From: Catajapyx aquilonaris
Taxonomy: Eukaryota
Reading direction: 5' to 3'
Length of the DNA: 60,563 nucleotides
Assembly: GCA_000934665.2 (NCBI GenBank)
Contig: KZ538579.1
Location: forward strand, 1 to 60,563
Position numbers and translations under genes: made by a program
Notes under the pieces: model-generated
The model's input: only the letters and a program-made list of their open reading frames with translations
The model's database searches: none
Told to the model about the DNA's origin: nothing
Part shown: positions 59,901 to 60,563 of the stretch, in pieces
How the letters are laid out: every line of letters begins with the position of its first letter
Position numbering within the stretch: position 1 is the stretch's first letter

Positions 59901-60563
59901 CTTCGTCTCGAATCATATCCCGACTTGTAGCTGCATCACAGGCTACACCGGAGACCCTTTCACAGCATGTCATCCCGTACCACGTAAGCATGTGTGTGCA
60001 TGACCATGTTGCATGTGTTTGACCTCTTGCATGTTGCAGCTTCTACCCAAGCGCCACCTGAAGTGCGTGACCCTTGCGTACCGTCCCCGTGCGGTCCGTA
60101 CAGCCAGTGTAGGAACCTCAATGGCTATGCGATATGCTCATGCAATCCCACGTACGTTGGAAGCCCTCCTGCATGTCGACCCGAGTGTGTGGTCAGCTCT
60201 GAATGTCCCTTAGAGCAAGCATGTCTTGACCGGAGATGTCGTGACCCCTGCCCCGGAACATGCGGAAGAGATGCCCTCTGCAGGGTCATGAACCACAACC
60301 CCATCTGCAGCTGCCCTCCAGGTCACACCGGTGACCCCTTCTCTGCATGTTATCCCCAGCCCAGTAAGGCCCCTCTCAGCATGATTTGTTTAAAAAATAT
60401 CCCAGCATGATGCATGAACTTCTCTTTCTCCAGCTACTTCTCCAGAAAAGGAAGGTCCGACCAGAAATCCATGTGTGCCCTCCCCATGCGGTCCGTATTC
60501 TCAGTGTCAGGTCAAAGGCCAGCAGCCTGCATGCTCGTGCACTCTGGGCTACACAGGTCGTCC
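2887..60563 (+). CDS. dpy: Dumpy orthologue (giant EGF/DPY-module apical extracellular matrix protein), multi-exon, 3'-partial; 76 coding exons traced, ~10,000 aa in window
   Basis: The N-terminal motifs FFLNLEDGYFGCQVN..LQLFELSKLCDG..C..SDEL..ELKC, DVNECKYRPCDVFSHCTNTLGSF and AARCVPNAECCNLPAHFVCKC match my recollection of the Drosophila Dumpy N-terminus. There are hundreds of EGF repeats and C-x5-C-x5-C-x4-C (DPY) modules. All inferred introns are GT-AG and exon phases chain without a frameshift. Confidence 0.93.
2978..3300. repeat. Tandem ~100-bp repeat (3 units; another unit at ~4185-4270)
   Basis: Recurring tcaaaatggc...tttgtgatggaaatggtgaaaaatgcgggaaata...gcaatta. Confidence 0.7.
3311..3546. 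mobile_element. MITE family M7 (TIR AACGA[AG]C[AG]CAACCGAGTGCGCA), copy 1
   Basis: aacgagcacaaccgagtgcgca ... tgcgcactcggtcgagctcg; same TIRs at 5466-5683 and 14057-14541. Confidence 0.6.
3560..4140. repeat. AT-rich low-complexity region with ~30-bp tandem units
   Basis: attatttacgagtgttaatatttatta repeated at 3935-4100. Confidence 0.85.
5466..5683. mobile_element. MITE family M7, copy 2
   Basis: tttgaacgaacgcaaccgagcgtgca ... tgcgcactcggttgctctcgtaaaa; interior similar to 14440-14500. Confidence 0.65.
5691..5826. mobile_element. TA-flanked MITE family M1, short copy
   Basis: TA|CCGTCAAACGGGGTGAGATTGTGCCAGC ... GCTGGCACAATCTCACCACGTTTGACGG|TA. Confidence 0.85.
8426..8632. mobile_element. 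mariner-type MITE family M4, copy 1 (207 bp)
   Basis: TA|CAGGGTGGTCCAAGTTCAAGTGTCGTTTTATAACGGCGATTAATAG ... CTTGGACCACCCTG|TA; nearly fully palindromic. Confidence 0.9.
10043..10439 (+). CDS. dpy: dumpy coding exon 2, conserved N-terminal domain plus first EGF
   Basis: ORF 10028..10528, acceptor tttcag|GTA, donor G|gtcagt; contains the LNLEDGYFGCQVN motif. Confidence 0.93.
10460..10990. repeat. Minisatellite, ~50-60-bp unit (~10 copies), directly after the exon 2 donor
   Basis: aaggtagcagacctgaa...tagcctccaagagag..cctcactta repeated. Confidence 0.85.
11490..11499. other. Assembly gap (10 N) inside a poly-G run; single Ns also at 280 and 3491 in poly-C runs
   Basis: N characters in the sequence. 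Confidence 0.95.
12030..12430. repeat. A/T-rich low-complexity tract
   Basis: (aataa)n-like sequence. Confidence 0.8.
12703..12819 (+). CDS. dpy: dumpy coding exon 3, Ca-binding EGF (DVNECKYRPCDVFSHCTNTLGSFFCTCFPGYEGDGTNCR)
   Basis: Acceptor tttccag, donor G|gtacag, 117 nt, phase 1-1. Too short for the ORF track; read directly from sequence. Confidence 0.92.
14057..14541. mobile_element. MITE family M7, copy 3, containing a nested M5 element
   Basis: M7 TIRs at both ends; the 14208-14438 insert has its own TIRs. Confidence 0.65.
14208..14438. mobile_element. MITE family M5 (TIR CTGCCGTCAGATGTGAGAAGACCGTAACTC), copy 1
   Basis: Terminal inverted repeats; interior is the reverse complement of 17331-17562. 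Confidence 0.8.
15771..16110. mobile_element. MITE family M2, full-length copy with 7-bp target duplication ATACAGC
   Basis: ATACAGC|CATGGAGCATATA ... TATATGCTCCCTG|ATACAGC (15764-15770 and 16111-16117). Confidence 0.85.
16192..16411. mobile_element. hAT-type MITE (220 bp) with 8-bp TSD CCAACGTG
   Basis: CCAACGTG|CAGAGGTGGGCACAGCTAAC ... GTTAGCTTGCCCAGCTCTG|CCAACGTG; it interrupts an R3 repeat whose empty site is seen at ~5310-5345. Confidence 0.88.
17331..17562. mobile_element. MITE family M5, copy 2 (inverted relative to copy 1)
   Basis: ctgccgtcagatatgagaagaccgtaactc ... gagttacggtcctctcgcatctgacggcag. Confidence 0.8.
17683..17889. mobile_element. mariner-type MITE family M4, copy 2 (207 bp)
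   Basis: TA|CAGGGTGG ... CCACCCTG|TA; same length as and highly similar to 8426-8632. Confidence 0.9.
17910..18062. repeat. GATATCCA[CT].GGA[CT].TC-type repeat element, copy 1
   Basis: Same motif family as 22087-22345. Confidence 0.55.
18490..19050. repeat. Tandem repeat, 5 units of ~108-115 bp
   Basis: Unit aacgaatt.atagttcctcccgcccaccagaggcgctgtctccacccattgcgcatgcgtagaacgcgagccaatcggaagcgtcgcggtaacaa. Single relatives at ~7225-7272 and ~8205-8300 (reverse). Confidence 0.92.
19126..23606 (+). CDS. dpy: dumpy coding exons 4-13, tandem Ca-binding EGF region
   Basis: Exons 19126-19257, 19336-19451, 19512-19764, 19935-20198, 20375-20494, 20556-20930, 20986-21474, 21561-22073, 22392-22577, 22635-23606. 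D[IV][DN]EC...C.N..GS[FY].C.C repeats, GT-AG introns, consistent phases. Confidence 0.92.
22087..22345. repeat. ~22-bp tandem repeat (gtagatatccacaggatgtc-like) in intron 11
   Basis: Recurring gatatcca[ct].gga[ct][ag]tc units. Confidence 0.75.
23663..26593 (+). CDS. dpy: dumpy coding exon 14, 2931-nt EGF/DPY exon
   Basis: Core of ORF 23647..26646 (999 aa); acceptor cattacag, donor G|gtacgt. Confidence 0.92.
26615..27192. repeat. Dispersed GCCACAATAACGTTCGTTG motif repeats in both orientations
   Basis: Over 10 copies of gccacaataa / ttattgtggc; the same motif occurs at 29420-29770, 45550-46485 and ~17596. Confidence 0.75.
27233..32852 (+). CDS. dpy: dumpy coding exons 15-25, EGF/DPY region
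   Basis: Exons 27233-27386, 27444-27964, 28018-28214, 28272-28569, 28628-29359, 29812-30324, 30382-30583, 30638-31274, 31333-31780, 31835-31969, 32079-32852. Phases 1/2/0 chain correctly. Confidence 0.88.
29420..29770. repeat. 29-bp minisatellite (~7 units, gccacaataacgttcgttgtgattgcata) followed by inverted copies
   Basis: Directly visible tandem units in intron 19. Confidence 0.85.
33240..35390 (+). CDS. dpy: dumpy coding exon 26, Thr/Ser/Glu-rich (mucin-like) spacer flanked by DPY/EGF modules
   Basis: Acceptor tttccacag at 33239 opens the same frame as ORF 33422..35482; donor G|gtaaaa at 35391. 2151 nt, phase 1-1. Position is analogous to the Ser/Thr-rich region of insect Dumpy. Confidence 0.85.
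35870..36330. repeat. ~40-bp tandem repeat (~11 units, cgctgagcgaattgttcacatgcaaatgcggcaacaattg)
   Basis: Tandem units visible in intron 26. Confidence 0.85.
36503..40688 (+). CDS. dpy: dumpy coding exons 27-35
   Basis: Exons 36503-36721, 36787-36873, 37552-38076 (Thr/Ser-rich plus EGF, weak acceptor), 38340-38522, 38577-38777, 38833-39123, 39179-39397, 39453-39611, 40248-40688. All phase 1-1 with lengths divisible by 3. Confidence 0.84.
39746..40155. mobile_element. Possible PIF/Harbinger-like MITE
   Basis: gggcacgtttacatg ... catgtaaacgcggc imperfect TIRs with internal tcgctcacatgtaa repeats; TSD unclear. Confidence 0.4.
41056..43852 (+). CDS. dpy: dumpy coding exons 36-40, first EGF-DPY-EGF modules (proto A/B/C)
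   Basis: Exons 41056-41936, 41992-42394, 42450-42773, 42828-43463, 43517-43852; PC.PSPCG...CRPEC..NSDC...KAC...KC.DPCPG.CG repeats. Confidence 0.9.
43927..45020 (+). CDS. dpy: dumpy array triplet 1 (A 43927-44235, B 44299-44622, C 44694-45020)
   Basis: Three phase 1-1 exons of 309/324/327 nt, each one EGF-DPY-EGF unit. Confidence 0.9.
45094..47291 (+). CDS. dpy: dumpy array triplet 2, divergent (A 45094-45408, B 46584-46913, C 46980-47291)
   Basis: 315/330/312 nt, phase 1-1. Confidence 0.87.
45575..46210. repeat. ~150-bp direct repeats (45575-45735, 45988-46135, partial 46146-46207) flanking an M2 MITE
   Basis: acatgacccac...aattaactgaaattatcgtgctaattaacccttctgtggctg...gcgccacaaacgtac is duplicated. 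Confidence 0.8.
45745..45984. mobile_element. MITE family M2, copy 3 (left end truncated)
   Basis: Ends ...gtttgcgcctcttatgtgtagtatatgctccctg, as does the copy ending at 16110. Confidence 0.8.
47406..48490 (+). CDS. dpy: dumpy array triplet 3 (A 47406-47723, B 47780-48097, C 48155-48490)
   Basis: 318/318/336 nt, phase 1-1. Confidence 0.9.
48550..49652 (+). CDS. dpy: dumpy array triplet 4 (A 48550-48879, B 48939-49256, C 49326-49652)
   Basis: 330/318/327 nt, phase 1-1. Confidence 0.9.
49709..50813 (+). CDS. dpy: dumpy array triplet 5 (A 49709-50035, B 50095-50421, C 50487-50813)
   Basis: 327/327/327 nt, phase 1-1. Confidence 0.9.
50876..52003 (+). CDS. dpy: dumpy array triplet 6 (A 50876-51202, B 51259-51582, C 51680-52003)
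   Basis: 327/324/324 nt, phase 1-1. Confidence 0.9.
52162..53842 (+). CDS. dpy: dumpy array triplet 7 (A 52162-52494, B 52555-52881, C 53507-53842)
   Basis: 333/327/336 nt, phase 1-1; the B-C intron carries a MITE. Confidence 0.9.
52923..53445. mobile_element. MITE family M1, long copy with an internal 20-bp minisatellite (~18 units)
   Basis: TA|CCCGTCAAACGTGGTGAGATTGTGCCA ... TGGCACAATCTCACCACGTTTGACGGG|TA; tandem GGTGAGATTGTGCCAG.TGG at 52934-53292. Confidence 0.9.
54356..54660. repeat. Local ~120-bp direct duplication (54356-54481 and 54546-54660)
   Basis: cataattggcag...gagctttatgctcattctga.aggaca...gcaccaggatttt...gagattgtac...accctgtac occurs twice. Confidence 0.75.
55002..56103 (+). 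CDS. dpy: dumpy array triplet 8 (A 55002-55328, B 55390-55713, C 55777-56103)
   Basis: 327/324/327 nt, phase 1-1. Confidence 0.9.
56170..57277 (+). CDS. dpy: dumpy array triplet 9 (A 56170-56496, B 56560-56883, C 56951-57277)
   Basis: 327/324/327 nt, phase 1-1. Confidence 0.9.
57341..58441 (+). CDS. dpy: dumpy array triplet 10 (A 57341-57667, B 57726-58049, C 58106-58441)
   Basis: 327/324/336 nt, phase 1-1. Confidence 0.9.
58501..59602 (+). CDS. dpy: dumpy array triplet 11 (A 58501-58827, B 58892-59215, C 59273-59602)
   Basis: 327/324/330 nt, phase 1-1. Confidence 0.9.
59660..60563 (+). CDS. dpy: dumpy array triplet 12 (A 59660-59983, B 60040-60363, C 60434-end, truncated by window)
   Basis: 324/324 nt plus a partial C exon. 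Confidence 0.9.

Larger units (their letters stand above)
44236..60433 (+). promoter_or_regulatory. Cluster of intronic TGCATG (Rbfox-type) splicing-regulatory motifs
   Basis: About 30 TGCATG in 18 of 24 A-B/B-C introns, e.g. three each in 47724-47779, 50422-50486 and 59984-60039. None in the 12 introns preceding A exons. Confidence 0.7.

Noticed and set aside
19000..60400. Numerous minus-strand and alternative-frame ORFs of 60-400 aa overlapping the exons
   Set aside because: Shadows of GC-rich, Cys/Gly/Pro-repeat coding sequence; no independent splice or domain signal.
43927..60563. Dscam-style mutually exclusive splicing with docking/selector sequences
   Set aside because: I saw no conserved selector sequence complementary to a docking site. 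Introns of at least 54 nt are spliceable and the strict A-B-C order suggests serial inclusion. Not excluded without computation.

Overview
Eukaryotic (arthropod) genomic DNA. Almost the whole window is the 5' part of one + strand gene, an orthologue of dumpy (dpy), the giant apical-ECM/cuticle-anchoring EGF/DPY-module protein. I traced 76 phase-consistent GT-AG coding exons from a signal-peptide exon at 2887 to the window end (about 30.1 kb of CDS, about 10,000 aa). The gene runs off the 3' end, so the ZP and TM domains are not seen. The architecture is: signal peptide; Dumpy N-terminus (FFLNLEDGYFGCQVN); Ca-binding EGFs; EGF/DPY region; a 2.15-kb Thr/Ser/Glu-rich exon with repeated R-X-X-R/RKKR sites; then a tandem array of 12 A-B-C exon triplets, each exon a symmetrical phase 1-1 module of 309-336 nt. 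The most striking unexplained signal is about 30 sense-strand TGCATG (Rbfox-type) motifs packed into the ~60-nt A-B and B-C introns, with none in the 12 introns preceding A exons. This suggests a positional splicing code that tunes fibre length. Large introns are filled with non-autonomous DNA transposons (MITEs, some nested with clear TSDs) and minisatellites. No RNA genes, transposase ORFs or CRISPR arrays were found. Coordinates were read by eye.
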